The notes: generated by a model not told the origin, from the sequence alone. Shown: positions 25,421 to 34,444, counted from the stretch's first letter. The stretch is 40,594 bases of DNA from Minisyncoccia bacterium (GCA_049970635.1 JBMFMO010000001.1:1-40594); one strand, 5' to 3'. A program made the numbers and translations.

Positions 25421-25609
25421 TTACCAACTTGATTTTTTAATTCCTGGTATCTCTCCTTTATGAGCAAGTTCTCTAAAACATATTCTGCATAAGCCAAATT
25501 TTCTTAAAATTCCTCTTGCTCTTCCACATCTAAAACAATAATTGACCTTTCTTGTTTTATATTTTTTATCTGATCTTTCCCAACGTATTCTTTGAGCTTT
25601 GCTTGGCAT
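25421..25609 (-). CDS. rpsN: 30S ribosomal protein S14, zinc-binding type Z
   Basis: 62 aa. CFRCGRARG...CRICFRE gives two CxxC pairs. Confidence 0.9.
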   Translation of the reverse strand: MPSKAQRIRWERSDKKYKTRKVNYCFRCGRARGILRKFGLCRICFRELAHKGEIPGIKKSSW

Positions 25610-25610
25610 T

Positions 25611-26165
25611 TTAAATTTTTATTGGGAAGCCTAATTTTTCCCATAACTTAATATTTTCTTCTTTGGTTTTTCCTGTTCCTACTATTGTTATTCCAATCCC
25701 AAAGTTATTTTTAATTTTATCAGATATTGCTTCAGGAAATATATTTATCTCTTTTAATCCTAAATTTAAATTTCCCTTATCATCAATATTATTTTTTCTA
25801 ATTCCCTTAAAATCCCTTGCTCTTGGTAATGCATATGTTACAAGCCTTTCTATAAAATCTAAAAGCTTTTTTCCTCTTAATGTTACTAAAACTGAAACTG
25901 GCATATTTTTTCTTAATTTAAATCCTGCTACAGATTTTTTTGCCTTAACTACTTTTGGCTTTTGTCCTGTTACCATACTCAAAACATATTCTGCTTCTTC
26001 CAAAATCTTATCTTTATTTTCATAATGGGCTGTTACTAATTTCCCTATCCCTATATTAACTACGGCAAACTTTGGGACTGGGACCCTTAAATCATTTTCA
26101 ATCTTTAATTCTTTTTTCAATTCTTTTTTTATCTTTTTAAATTCTTCTCTTAACATTTTAATCAA
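25611..26165 (-). CDS. rplE: 50S ribosomal protein L5
   Basis: 184 aa, supported by operon position and typical conserved blocks ([15 protein letters not shown]). The start could be the Met 3 codons in. Confidence 0.9.
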   Translation of the reverse strand: MIKMLREEFKKIKKELKKELKIENDLRVPVPKFAVVNIGIGKLVTAHYENKDKILEEAEYVLSMVTGQKPKVVKAKKSVAGFKLRKNMPVSVLVTLRGKKLLDFIERLVTYALPRARDFKGIRKNNIDDKGNLNLGLKEINIFPEAISDKIKNNFGIGITIVGTGKTKEENIKLWEKLGFPIKI

Positions 26166-26466
26166 AAGAAGATTTACATTTTTTACATAATCTTTTTTTC
26201 TTATCTCCTTCTTTTATATATCCGACCCTTGTTGGTTGTTTGCATATTGGACAAATTAATTTTACATTCGAAACATAAACAGCTCTAGGGATTTCAACAA
26301 TTTCTCCCTTTTCACCCATTCTTCTTGGTTTTATATGCTTTTTAACTAAATTTAAACCATCAACAATAACTTTATTTTCTTTAGGCAATGCTTTAATAAC
26401 AATACCACTTCTTCCTCTATCTTTCCCCTTTATCATAATAACTGTGTCTCCTTTTTTAATTTTCAT
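26158..26466 (-). CDS. rplX: 50S ribosomal protein L24 with a C-terminal CxxC...CxxC
   Basis: 102 aa. KOW motif IKKGDTVIMIKGKDRG. The tail is CPICKQPTRVGY...CKKCK. Confidence 0.9.
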   Translation of the reverse strand: MKIKKGDTVIMIKGKDRGRSGIVIKALPKENKVIVDGLNLVKKHIKPRRMGEKGEIVEIPRAVYVSNVKLICPICKQPTRVGYIKEGDKKKRLCKKCKSSFD

Positions 26467-26467
26467 T

Positions 26468-26836
26468 TTAAACTAATTCTAATGCTAAATTTGCTATTTT
26501 ATCATAACCCTTTTCTTTTATCTCCCTTGGTATTGGCCCAAATATTCTATTCCCTATCAATTCTTTATTATCTTTTATTAAAACACAAGCATTTTCTTCA
26601 AATCTTATCCAAGTTCCATCTCTTCTTTTAAATGGTTTTTTTTGTCTGACAACAATTGCTTTTACCACATCCCCTTTTTTGATTTGTTTATTTGGCTCTG
26701 CTTTTTTTACAGAACAAACAATAATATCTCCTATCGTTGCATAATTTCTATTTCCTAATCCAACAAATCCTATACATTGAAGTTCTATTGCCCCAGAATT
26801 GTCTGCTGATTTTAAAATTGTTCTTCTTGTAATCAT
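26468..26836 (-). CDS. rplN: 50S ribosomal protein L14
   Basis: 122 aa. LKSADNSGA...GDIIVCSVK. Confidence 0.9.
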   Translation of the reverse strand: MITRRTILKSADNSGAIELQCIGFVGLGNRNYATIGDIIVCSVKKAEPNKQIKKGDVVKAIVVRQKKPFKRRDGTWIRFEENACVLIKDNKELIGNRIFGPIPREIKEKGYDKIANLALELV

Positions 26837-27084
26837 TTCTTCTCAATTATTTTTACTAATCTCCATCTTTTTAATTTTGAAATCGGCCTTGTTTCTTCAA
26901 TTAAAACTTTATCTCCTATCTTTGCTTCCTCTTTTTCATCATGAACATAATATTTTGTTCTATGCTTATAATATTTTTTATATAATGGATGCTTTCTTAA
27001 TTTTTCAGAAACAACAACAATAGTTTTTTTCATTTTATCTGATATAACTATTCCCTCAACTCTTTTTCTCATTTCTTTTTTCAT
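26833..27084 (-). CDS. rpsQ: 30S ribosomal protein S17
   Basis: 83 aa. [14 protein letters not shown]...YYVHDE...[14 protein letters not shown]. Confidence 0.9.
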   Translation of the reverse strand: MKKEMRKRVEGIVISDKMKKTIVVVSEKLRKHPLYKKYYKHRTKYYVHDEKEEAKIGDKVLIEETRPISKLKRWRLVKIIEKK

Positions 27085-27268
27085 TCATAATTGTTAATAT
27101 CCGAGCTATTATCTTTTTTGTTTCTTTTATTAAATGTGTCTGTTTTAATTTTTTTAAATCTTTTTCTAATTGTAATTTATACAAATTATTTCTTTGCTGT
27201 TTTAATAAATTTTCCAATTCTTTCAATGTTTTTATTCTTAAATTTTCTGGGCTAAATTCTTTATTCAT
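27056..27268 (-). CDS. rpmC: 50S ribosomal protein L29
   Basis: 70 aa of helical K/E-rich sequence, at the operon position between rplP and rpsQ. Confidence 0.8.
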   Translation of the reverse strand: MNKEFSPENLRIKTLKELENLLKQQRNNLYKLQLEKDLKKLKQTHLIKETKKIIARILTIMNEKRNEKKS

Positions 27269-27674
27269 TTGAAACTATCTTAGTCTTAATTGGCAATTTA
27301 TAAGATGCTGATTTTAATGCTGAAATTATTAAATCTTTATCTCTTCCCTCTACTTCAAATAAAATTGTTCCTGGCTTTACTAAAACAGCATAATGATCTA
27401 TATCTCCCTTACCACCCCCCATTCTAACTCCTTCTGGTTTTTTTGTTCTTGTTAAATGGGGAAAAACCCTTAACCATACTCTTCCTTTCTTTCCTAATAT
27501 TCTCTTCATCTCCTTTAAGCATGTTTCTATATGTTTATCTTTAATATAAGATGTTTCTAAGCTTTTCAATCCATAATCGCTAAATGCTAAATAGCATGCC
27601 TTTGTTGTTACCTCTCTATTCAATCTTTTTCCTTTTTGCCATTTTCTATATTTTAATTTTCTTGGCTGTAACAT
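27261..27674 (-). CDS. rplP: 50S ribosomal protein L16
   Basis: 137 aa. MLQPRKLKYRKWQKG, RMGGGKG. Confidence 0.9.
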   Translation of the reverse strand: MLQPRKLKYRKWQKGKRLNREVTTKACYLAFSDYGLKSLETSYIKDKHIETCLKEMKRILGKKGRVWLRVFPHLTRTKKPEGVRMGGGKGDIDHYAVLVKPGTILFEVEGRDKDLIISALKSASYKLPIKTKIVSNE

Positions 27675-27675
27675 T

Positions 27676-28347
27676 TTATTCTTCTATTTCTTCTGAATCT
27701 CCTTTGTATAACCAAACTTTAATTCCGATTTTTCCATATTTACATAAAGCTGTTTCTTTTGCAAAATCTATTTTTGCTTTTAGTTTTGATAATGGAAGCC
27801 TTCCCCAGGTTATATTTTCTGAACGATGAATATTCGCTCCTCCCAATCTACCTGAAACCCTTACCTTTATTCCTAATATATTTTTATTCTGCTTTGCTTT
27901 TTCTATGATTTTTTTAATCACTCCTCTTACTGATTTATTTTTCTCAATATCTATAGCTGCAAGCTGTGCTAAATAAGAAGCACATGCTGTAGGTTTTCTA
28001 ACTTCTTCAACTATTACTTCCAATGTTGGTTTTTCAAGCTTATGCTTTTTAAATAAAATACTTAATCTTTCATCAATCTTTTCTTGAAGATTTTTTAATC
28101 TTTGCCCTTCTCTACCAATTAAAACTCCTGGTTTTGCAGTTTTTATAATAACCCTTGAGTTTTCAGGGCTTTTTCTTTCTATAATAACATCAACTATTCC
28201 ACTTTTAGGAAACATCTCTTCTATTGTTTTTCTAATTATATAATCTGCTTCCAAATAAACTCTAAATTTTTTACTAAAATACCACCTTGATTTCCAATAT
28301 TCATTTATTCCCAATCTTAAGCCATATGATGAAATTTTTTTACCCAT
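27676..28347 (-). CDS. rpsC: 30S ribosomal protein S3
   Basis: 223 aa. [15 protein letters not shown] domain, GVLIGREG. Confidence 0.9.
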   Translation of the reverse strand: MGKKISSYGLRLGINEYWKSRWYFSKKFRVYLEADYIIRKTIEEMFPKSGIVDVIIERKSPENSRVIIKTAKPGVLIGREGQRLKNLQEKIDERLSILFKKHKLEKPTLEVIVEEVRKPTACASYLAQLAAIDIEKNKSVRGVIKKIIEKAKQNKNILGIKVRVSGRLGGANIHRSENITWGRLPLSKLKAKIDFAKETALCKYGKIGIKVWLYKGDSEEIEE

Positions 28348-28676
28348 TATTTTTTATCTAATTCTAATTCTATATGCGACGTTCTTTTAATTATTCTTCC
28401 GACATGACCCCTTCCCATTGGAATATATCTTTTATATTTTGGTCCTTCATTAACAATTATATTCTTTATTTTTAATTCTTCTTTTTTAATCTTTTTTTGT
28501 TTTTCGGCAATGTCTATTGCTGATTTTAATAACTTTAATATTGGTTTACTTGCTCTTTTATTTAAATATAAAAGTTGTTTTTCAGCTTCTTCAATATCCA
28601 TTCCTTTTATCAATTTTGCAACCAATCTAACTTTTCTTGGTGCTATATTTAATCTTCTTAATTTAACTTTAATCAT
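28347..28676 (-). CDS. rplV: 50S ribosomal protein L22
   Basis: 109 aa. [15 protein letters not shown]-like N-terminus, and operon position. Confidence 0.9.
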   Translation of the reverse strand: MIKVKLRRLNIAPRKVRLVAKLIKGMDIEEAEKQLLYLNKRASKPILKLLKSAIDIAEKQKKIKKEELKIKNIIVNEGPKYKRYIPMGRGHVGRIIKRTSHIELELDKK

Positions 28677-28984
28677 TGTGTCTTACCTGCTTTTGCTTCT
28701 AATTCCCTTTGTAATTTACCACCATGTTTAATAAATTTCTTTGTTGGTGCAAATTCGCCAAGTCTATGCCCTACCATATCTTCTATTACTTTAACTCTTA
28801 CAAATTGTTTTCCATTATGAACATCAAAAACCATTCCTACCATCTCAGGAATTATCGTTGAATCTCTTGACCAAGTTTTTATTGGATACTTATCTCTTTC
28901 TTCTAATGGGAATTTTAATATCTTTTCAATTTTCTTCATTAATTTTTTATTAACATAAACTCCCTTTTTTAAACTTCTTCCCAT
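28673..28984 (-). CDS. rpsS: 30S ribosomal protein S19
   Basis: 103 aa. MGRSLKKG...VHNGKQFV...[12 protein letters not shown]. Confidence 0.9.
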   Translation of the reverse strand: MGRSLKKGVYVNKKLMKKIEKILKFPLEERDKYPIKTWSRDSTIIPEMVGMVFDVHNGKQFVRVKVIEDMVGHRLGEFAPTKKFIKHGGKLQRELEAKAGKTQ

Positions 28985-28986
28985 TT

Positions 28987-29823
28987 TTATTTTCTTCTTT
29001 TAATAATTAATTTGCTATATGGTTTTTTCTTTTTTCTTGTTTTTCTACCACCAGTAACCTTACCCCATTTTGTTTTAGGTCTTCTTGTGCCTCTTGTTGT
29101 TTTTCCTTCTCCTCCACCATAAGGATGATCTCTTGGATTCATAGCAGATCCTCTTACGTTTGGTCTAAATCCTTTCCATATCTTTCTTCCTGCTTTTCCT
29201 AAAATAATATTCTTATGATCAATATTTGAAACAGTTCCTATTGTAGCATAACATTCTTTTGAAACCTTTCTTATCTCTCCTGAAGGCATCTTTAAAATAG
29301 CATATTTCTCATCACAACCCATTAAGATAGCCTTTGTGCCAGCAGATCTTACTAATTTTCCTCCTCCTTTTGGAACAAGTTCTATCTCATAAACTTCTGT
29401 TCCTGGTAATATATTTTTTAATGGCAACCTATTTCCGATTTTCATCTGTGCATTTTCAGAACAAATAATTTCATCACCAACCTTTATTCCTTCTGGCGCT
29501 AAATGATACCTTCTTTCACCATCTTTATATTTAACAAGCATTATAAAAGCTGTTCTATTTGGATCATACTCAATTGTTTCAACAACTGCTGGTATATCTT
29601 TTTTATCCAATCTAGAAAAATCAATAACCCTTAATAATCTTCTATGCTCAGGATTTTTTCTAAATCTTGTGGTTATTCTTCCATAAGAATTTCTTCCCCT
29701 TCTTTTTTTAATAGCAACTAAAAGGGGTTTATATGGCTCATCAGTAGTCAATATCTTTTTATAATCAACCAAAACAGAAACTCTTTTTCCTTCTCCTTTT
29801 GATTTTACTATTTTTAATGCCAT
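28987..29823 (-). CDS. rplB: 50S ribosomal protein L2
   Basis: 278 aa. [19 protein letters not shown]. No rplW, rplD, rplC or rpsJ lies upstream. Confidence 0.95.
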   Translation of the reverse strand: MALKIVKSKGEGKRVSVLVDYKKILTTDEPYKPLLVAIKKRRGRNSYGRITTRFRKNPEHRRLLRVIDFSRLDKKDIPAVVETIEYDPNRTAFIMLVKYKDGERRYHLAPEGIKVGDEIICSENAQMKIGNRLPLKNILPGTEVYEIELVPKGGGKLVRSAGTKAILMGCDEKYAILKMPSGEIRKVSKECYATIGTVSNIDHKNIILGKAGRKIWKGFRPNVRGSAMNPRDHPYGGGEGKTTRGTRRPKTKWGKVTGGRKTRKKKKPYSKLIIKRRK

Positions 29824-29878
29824 AATAAAAATAAAATTAATTTAAAATTTGCCTTAATAAAAAGTTTTAATATAATAT

Positions 29879-29907
29879 ATTATAGCAAAATTTAAAAAAA
29901 TTTTCAA
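29879..29907 (-). promoter_or_regulatory. Sigma70 promoter TTGAAA-17-TGcTATAAT upstream of rplB
   Basis: Minus strand: TTGAAA (29907-29902), 17 nt, TATAAT (29884-29879), with an extended -10 TG. It lies about 55 nt upstream of the rplB ATG and abuts the divergent tRNA-Trp. Confidence 0.6.
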
Positions 29908-29981
<74 letters not shown>

Positions 29982-30524
29982 CTAATTAACCTTAATAATT
30001 TTTCCTTTTCCTGTTTTTTTAGATATTTTTACTCCTTTATTTGTCTTTTCAAAAATTTTTTTGAAATTTTCTGAAGGCTTAAAAAATGAATATCCTATAC
30101 TTAAACTTGATTTAAACTTTTCAATCTTCCCATCTATATATTCTTTAATTTCTTTTATCTTTTTAGGAAAGTTTTTTTTATTAACATTTAATGCTAATAT
30201 CAAAAACTCATCACCTCCCCATCTACATATAATATCTTCTTTCCTAAATTTTCTTTTAAGATTTGATGCAACAGTTTTTATTAATTTATCTCCCTTATTG
30301 TATCCAAAGTTATCATTAACATATTTTAGATTATCAATATCAGCAAGGATTATACAATGAAAAATTTTTCTCTTTTCCCTATTTTTTTTACTAAATAAAT
30401 TAAGTTCATTTGCTCTCCATTTAAACCCTCTTCTATTTAAACATTTTGTAAGTTCATCATAAAAAGCATAATCTATTAATTTTTTTATTGTATCAATTAT
30501 TTCATTTATCTTTTTCATCCTCAA
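29982..30524 (-). CDS. Stand-alone GGDEF-domain protein (putative diguanylate cyclase) with an RxxD I-site
   Basis: 180 aa. DELTKCLNRRGF, ADIDNLKYVND, and RKEDIICRWGGDEFLIL, in which the RxxD lies 5 residues before GGDEF. No sensor domain is present. Confidence 0.75.
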   Translation of the reverse strand: MRMKKINEIIDTIKKLIDYAFYDELTKCLNRRGFKWRANELNLFSKKNREKRKIFHCIILADIDNLKYVNDNFGYNKGDKLIKTVASNLKRKFRKEDIICRWGGDEFLILALNVNKKNFPKKIKEIKEYIDGKIEKFKSSLSIGYSFFKPSENFKKIFEKTNKGVKISKKTGKGKIIKVN

Positions 30525-31920
30525 ATTTGATTCCTAATTCATCTAATTGTTCTTTTTCAACCTCAGATGGAATATCCATCATAGGATCTCTTCCTTCACC
30601 TGTCTTTGGAAATGCTATAACCTCTCTTATTGATTCTTCATTTAATAATATCGCCAATAATCTATCTAATCCTAATGCTATTCCACCATGTGGTGGTACT
30701 CCATATTTAAATGCTGTTAACAAATGATTAAATTTTTTAATAACATCTTCTCTTTTATTCCCCATAGTTTCAAAAACTTTAATTAATAATTCTGGATTAT
30801 AAATCCTTAAACTCCCTCCTCCAATCTCAAAACCATTCAAAACAAGATCATATTGTTCACTTAATAATTCTTCTGGTTTTTCTTTTAAATATTTAATTAA
30901 AATCTCAAAATCTTTTTCTCCATCTTTTGTTTTAGGTTGTGTAAATGGATGATGAACTGCATCCCATCTATTTTCTGATTCTTTCCATTCAAACATAGGA
31001 AAATCAATTATAAAGGCAAAAGAAAGATTATCTTTATCTTTTTCCTTTCTCAAATCTGGTTTATCAGAACCATATTTTTCAATTGCAGATTCATATTTGA
31101 TCTTTGGGAATGGTATATTTTCTATCTTTTTTTCTGGAAAGACGTTTTTTACTAAATCTATTATTAGTTCCTCAATTAAATTTAAAATATCATCTCTATC
31201 AATAAAACTCATCTCTAAATCTAATTGGGTAAATTCTGGCTGCCTATCTCCTCTTGGATCCTCATCCCTAAAACATCTTGCTATTTGAAAATATTTTTCA
31301 AAACCAGAAATCATTAAAAGTTGTTTATATTGTTGAGGAGATTGTGGTAATGCATAAAATTTTCCTTTATAAATTCTCGATGGAACCAAATAATCTCTTG
31401 CTCCTTCTGGGGTTGATTTTGATAATATTGGAGTTTCAATCTCTACAAACCCTCTTTTATTTAACCAATTTCTAATAAAAAATATAGCTTCATTTCTTTT
31501 AATCAAATTCTTTTGTAATCTTTTTCTCTTTAAATCAATATACCTATATTTCAATCTTAACTCTTCATTAATTTCATACCCATCTTTATCAATTGGGATT
31601 GGTAATGTTTCTGCAGAATTTAAAATTTCTAATTCTTTTACTAAAAGTTCTATTTCTCCTGTTTCAATATTTTTATTAATTAATTTTGGCTCTCTTCTTT
31701 TAATAATTCCTTTAATTCTTACAACATATTCTGGTTTTAAATCATTTGCAATATCAAAATATTTTGAACTACTATCAACTAAACATTGTAATATTCCGCT
31801 TCTGTCTCTCAAATCAATAAAAATTATTTTTCCATGCTTTCTTAAAGAATTAACCCAACCAAAAATCTCAACCTCTTTATCAATATTATTTAATGTTTCT
31901 ATTATCTCTATTTTTTTCAT
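30502..31920 (-). CDS. aspS: Aspartate--tRNA ligase, short bacterial-type form
   Basis: 472 aa. N-terminal OB fold, QSPQQYKQLLM, FRDEDPRGDRQPEFTQLD, GGIALGLDRL. It is too short to hold the large insertion domain of typical ~590-aa bacterial AspRS. Confidence 0.85.
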   Translation of the reverse strand: MKKIEIIETLNNIDKEVEIFGWVNSLRKHGKIIFIDLRDRSGILQCLVDSSSKYFDIANDLKPEYVVRIKGIIKRREPKLINKNIETGEIELLVKELEILNSAETLPIPIDKDGYEINEELRLKYRYIDLKRKRLQKNLIKRNEAIFFIRNWLNKRGFVEIETPILSKSTPEGARDYLVPSRIYKGKFYALPQSPQQYKQLLMISGFEKYFQIARCFRDEDPRGDRQPEFTQLDLEMSFIDRDDILNLIEELIIDLVKNVFPEKKIENIPFPKIKYESAIEKYGSDKPDLRKEKDKDNLSFAFIIDFPMFEWKESENRWDAVHHPFTQPKTKDGEKDFEILIKYLKEKPEELLSEQYDLVLNGFEIGGGSLRIYNPELLIKVFETMGNKREDVIKKFNHLLTAFKYGVPPHGGIALGLDRLLAILLNEESIREVIAFPKTGEGRDPMMDIPSEVEKEQLDELGIKFEDEKDK

Positions 31921-32711
31921 TTTATTATAAGTGCTTTATTCAAATCAGTTCTCCAATATTTAATTTTAAATGATTTTAATAATTCTATAACTTCTTTATT
32001 TGGATGACCATATTTATTTTTGCCAACTTGAATTATTGCTAAAATAGGGCTTGTTATCTTTAAAAATTTTTCATCTAAAGAATATTTTGAGCCATGATGT
32101 GGGATCAACAAATAATCAACATCTAAAAAATCTTTGAATCTTTTAATTAAATATTCTTCAGCTTTTTTATCTATATCTCCTGTTAAAAGATAGGATCTAT
32201 TATCTTTATTAATTTTTAAAACTATAGAATTTTCATTATCTTTATTAAAGATATTAGGTTCAGGATTTAAAACAAAGATCTTTTCATAATTAGATTCTAT
32301 AAAATCTCCTTTTTCAAGTGTTATTATTGGAATATTTTTGTCTTTTATATATTTTAAAAGCTGCAAATATCCTGAATCCTGAGAATTTAATGGAGTAATA
32401 AAAACAATTCTTATCTTAAATCTATCTAATATATCAAATGCTCCACCATAATGATCTTTATCTGGATGTGAAATAATTAAAAAATCTATCCTTCTATCAT
32501 AAAATGGCAAAATCTTGTTTATTTCAGATATTGTATTAAATCCATATGGCCCAGTATCATATAAAATTTTAAATCTTGGATTGTATATTAAAACACTACT
32601 TCCTTCTCCAACATCAAAAAACGAAACAAGGCTTCCTCTTTTTGAAAAATCAAATATCAGATAAAAAACTCCTATATTAATACAAAGTAAAATTAAAATC
32701 AATTTTTTCAT
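31917..32711 (-). CDS. ComEC-type metallo-beta-lactamase domain protein (separate ORF)
   Basis: 264 aa. N-terminal anchor helix, FFDVGEGSS, ISHPDKDHYGG, LIPHHGS. 35-nt overlap with the upstream ComEC membrane part. Confidence 0.75.
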   Translation of the reverse strand: MKKLILILLCINIGVFYLIFDFSKRGSLVSFFDVGEGSSVLIYNPRFKILYDTGPYGFNTISEINKILPFYDRRIDFLIISHPDKDHYGGAFDILDRFKIRIVFITPLNSQDSGYLQLLKYIKDKNIPIITLEKGDFIESNYEKIFVLNPEPNIFNKDNENSIVLKINKDNRSYLLTGDIDKKAEEYLIKRFKDFLDVDYLLIPHHGSKYSLDEKFLKITSPILAIIQVGKNKYGHPNKEVIELLKSFKIKYWRTDLNKALIIK

Positions 32712-33951
32712 CCTTATTAAATTTATAAATCATATAAAAGATTAAGATATAAAGTATAAGAGTTAAAAATAATGGTAATGGAAGATAAATTTTTGGTAAT
32801 TTTGATAGATTATTAACAGCAAGAGTAAAAAGCTCAAATGGAATATTCATTATTTGATTTATTGGATAAAATATAATTAAAAATATTGAAATAAATCCTA
32901 AAAGCATCAAGATAGGGATGAATGGCACTAACAATATATTATTTAGAAATGAAAATAGATTAAATTCTCCAAATTTGTACCATATTAATGGAATAACCAT
33001 TAATTGAGCAGAAAATGTTTCTGAAATAGTTTTATACCTTAAAAATCTTCTAAAATATTCTTCTAAATATAAAATTCCTACAACAGCTAAAAATGATAAT
33101 TGAAATCCTAAATCAGAAATTAATGCCTTTGGATCAAAAATTGTTATTAATAAAACTGAAAGCAAAATTATATTTCTACTTAATGGTATCCTACCAATTG
33201 TTTTACAAAATATTAAAGATATTGTCATTATCCCAGCTCTTATAACTGAACTTTGAAATCCTGTAAATATAATAAAGACAAGAATTAAAATAATTGAAAA
33301 AATGTTTACTATTGGTATTGGTAAAAAAGAAAATCTTAATAGATTAAAAACTGCTGATGATAGAATAGTTAAATTAAAACCAGACATAGCAGTTATGTGG
33401 GACAGGCCAGAATTTTTAAAACTATCTTTCAAATCTTTAATTTTTATATCTTCTCCATACAAAATCCCAGAGATGACTTCAGATGAATTTATTGAGTAAG
33501 AATTTTTTATTATATTATTTAAATAATCTTTAAATCTATAAATTTTGTAAAATTTTGATCTTTCAACTTCTTTAACTTCTTTTATATACAATCTATCTTT
33601 ATAGATATCAAAACTTCCATTAATTCTATCTCCAATGTAAAAATTTTCGTAATATGGAGCATAAACAATATATTCCTTTCCATTATAAAATCCTAAATAT
33701 TTTTTATAGTAAGATGGAGAGTAGATCTTTAAAATTTTTAATTCATTATTAGAAGAATTTAACTTTAAATTTTCTCTAAAATTAGAATAAAGACCACCTA
33801 AAATAAAAGCTAAAAATAAGATTAAAATTATCTTTGGTTTTCTAAATAATAAAGAAAATAATGCTAAAAATGGCCAAAATGGTGTAAGATAATATGATAA
33901 AACACCTAATAAGAAAAATAACGAAGTAAAGAAAAAATAATTTGCTAACAT
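32677..33951 (-). CDS. comEC: ComEC/Rec2 DNA-uptake channel, membrane (competence) part
   Basis: Polytopic, with GLSHITAMSGFNLT and SSVIRAGIM motifs. I chose the start at MLANYFFF (33951), because the ORF-track start at 33981 runs into tRNA-Thr. Confidence 0.75.
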   Translation of the reverse strand: MLANYFFFTSLFFLLGVLSYYLTPFWPFLALFSLLFRKPKIILILFLAFILGGLYSNFRENLKLNSSNNELKILKIYSPSYYKKYLGFYNGKEYIVYAPYYENFYIGDRINGSFDIYKDRLYIKEVKEVERSKFYKIYRFKDYLNNIIKNSYSINSSEVISGILYGEDIKIKDLKDSFKNSGLSHITAMSGFNLTILSSAVFNLLRFSFLPIPIVNIFSIILILVFIIFTGFQSSVIRAGIMTISLIFCKTIGRIPLSRNIILLSVLLITIFDPKALISDLGFQLSFLAVVGILYLEEYFRRFLRYKTISETFSAQLMVIPLIWYKFGEFNLFSFLNNILLVPFIPILMLLGFISIFLIIFYPINQIMNIPFELFTLAVNNLSKLPKIYLPLPLFLTLILYILIFYMIYKFNKDEKIDFNFTLY

Positions 33952-33954
33952 TTG

Positions 33955-34026
33955 AGCCAGAGGTGGGATTCGAACCCACAACCTGCCGCTTACAAGGCGG
34001 CTGCTCTGCCATTGAGCTACTCTGGC
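33955..34026 (-). tRNA. tRNA-Thr(UGU)
   Basis: The reverse complement reads GCCAGAG TA GCTC AATGGCA GAGC A GCCGC CTTGTAA GCGGC AGGTT GTGGG TTCGAAT CCCAC CTCTGGC T. Confidence 0.9.
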
Positions 34027-34036
34027 TTATTAAATA

Positions 34037-34065
34037 ATTATAAGATAAAAGAATAAAGAGTTCAA
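34037..34065 (-). promoter_or_regulatory. Sigma70 promoter TTGAAC-17-TATAAT for tRNA-Thr
   Basis: -35 at 34065-34060, which lies in the unique insert. -10 at 34042-34037, which lies in the duplicated segment. The tRNA 5' end is 10 nt downstream of the -10. Confidence 0.55.
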
Positions 34066-34309
34066 GGAAATTAGAAATTTTCTATTTATAACCCAAGGTT
34101 CAAAAATTATTTATTTTCCTATATTTTTTATGATCTATCTTTAAATAGGATTTGGAAAAAAATTTTGTGAATATAAAAATAAAGTAAAGTTTTTCCATTA
34201 ATAGAAGAAGATCTTTTAAAAAAAATTTTAATCTCTTATCTTAAAAATAGAGTATATGAAAAAATATTGAATTTTCCTATATTTTTTAATATTAAAAATT
34301 TTTTAATAA

Positions 34310-34364
34310 AAGGCGGCTGCTCTGCCATTGAGCTACTCTGGCTTATTAAATAATTATAAGATAA
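34310..34364 (-). pseudogene. Duplicated tRNA-Thr 5' half (nt 1-33, 34310-34342) plus 22 nt of its upstream flank, including the TATAAT
   Basis: A 55-nt exact copy of 33994-34048. The identity ends inside the anticodon. Confidence 0.85.
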
Positions 34365-34444
34365 CACGGACTTAACACGGACAAGAACGGACTTAACGCA
34401 GACAGACGCCGACTTAACACGGACATACACGGACCAAAACGGAC
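34364..34444 (+). repeat. Phased word array: ACACGGAC and variants x8
   Basis: ACGGAC-type cores start at 34366, 34377, 34387, 34398, 34408, 34419, 34429, 34439 (spacing 11, 10, 11, 10, 11, 10, 10). Units 4 and 5 are ACGCAGAC and ACGCCGAC. Confidence 0.9.

Noticed and set aside
30502-31920. Short AspRS plus lone gatB as something novel.
   Set aside because: A compact, presumably non-discriminating AspRS together with GatCAB-dependent Asn-tRNA/Gln-tRNA formation is a well-established pathway. gatA and gatC are probably just elsewhere in the genome.
33952-33981. N-terminal extension of ComEC (MWVRIPPLAQ) from the ORF track. Similar 5' extensions exist for rpsH (25420-25497), fusA (39932-39970), iorB (1984-2001) and rplF (25028-25042).
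   Set aside because: The extensions overlap a tRNA gene or the preceding ribosomal or enzyme gene. The internal Met gives the family-typical N-terminus with a 1-4 nt junction.
33994-34364. Possibility that the tRNA-Thr interruption is a group I intron in the anticodon loop.
   Set aside because: The breakpoint position is suggestive. However, the downstream copy is a complete tRNA that includes its own 5' half. The 261-bp insert is almost pure A/T, with none of the GC-containing paired core elements a group I intron needs.
34236-34430. 64-aa minus-strand ORF (MYVRVKSASVCVKSVLVRVKSVL...).
   Set aside because: The repetitive VRVKSV peptide is simply the ACACGGAC array read in frame. The ORF then runs through the duplicated tRNA-Thr fragment, so it is an artefact of the repeats.
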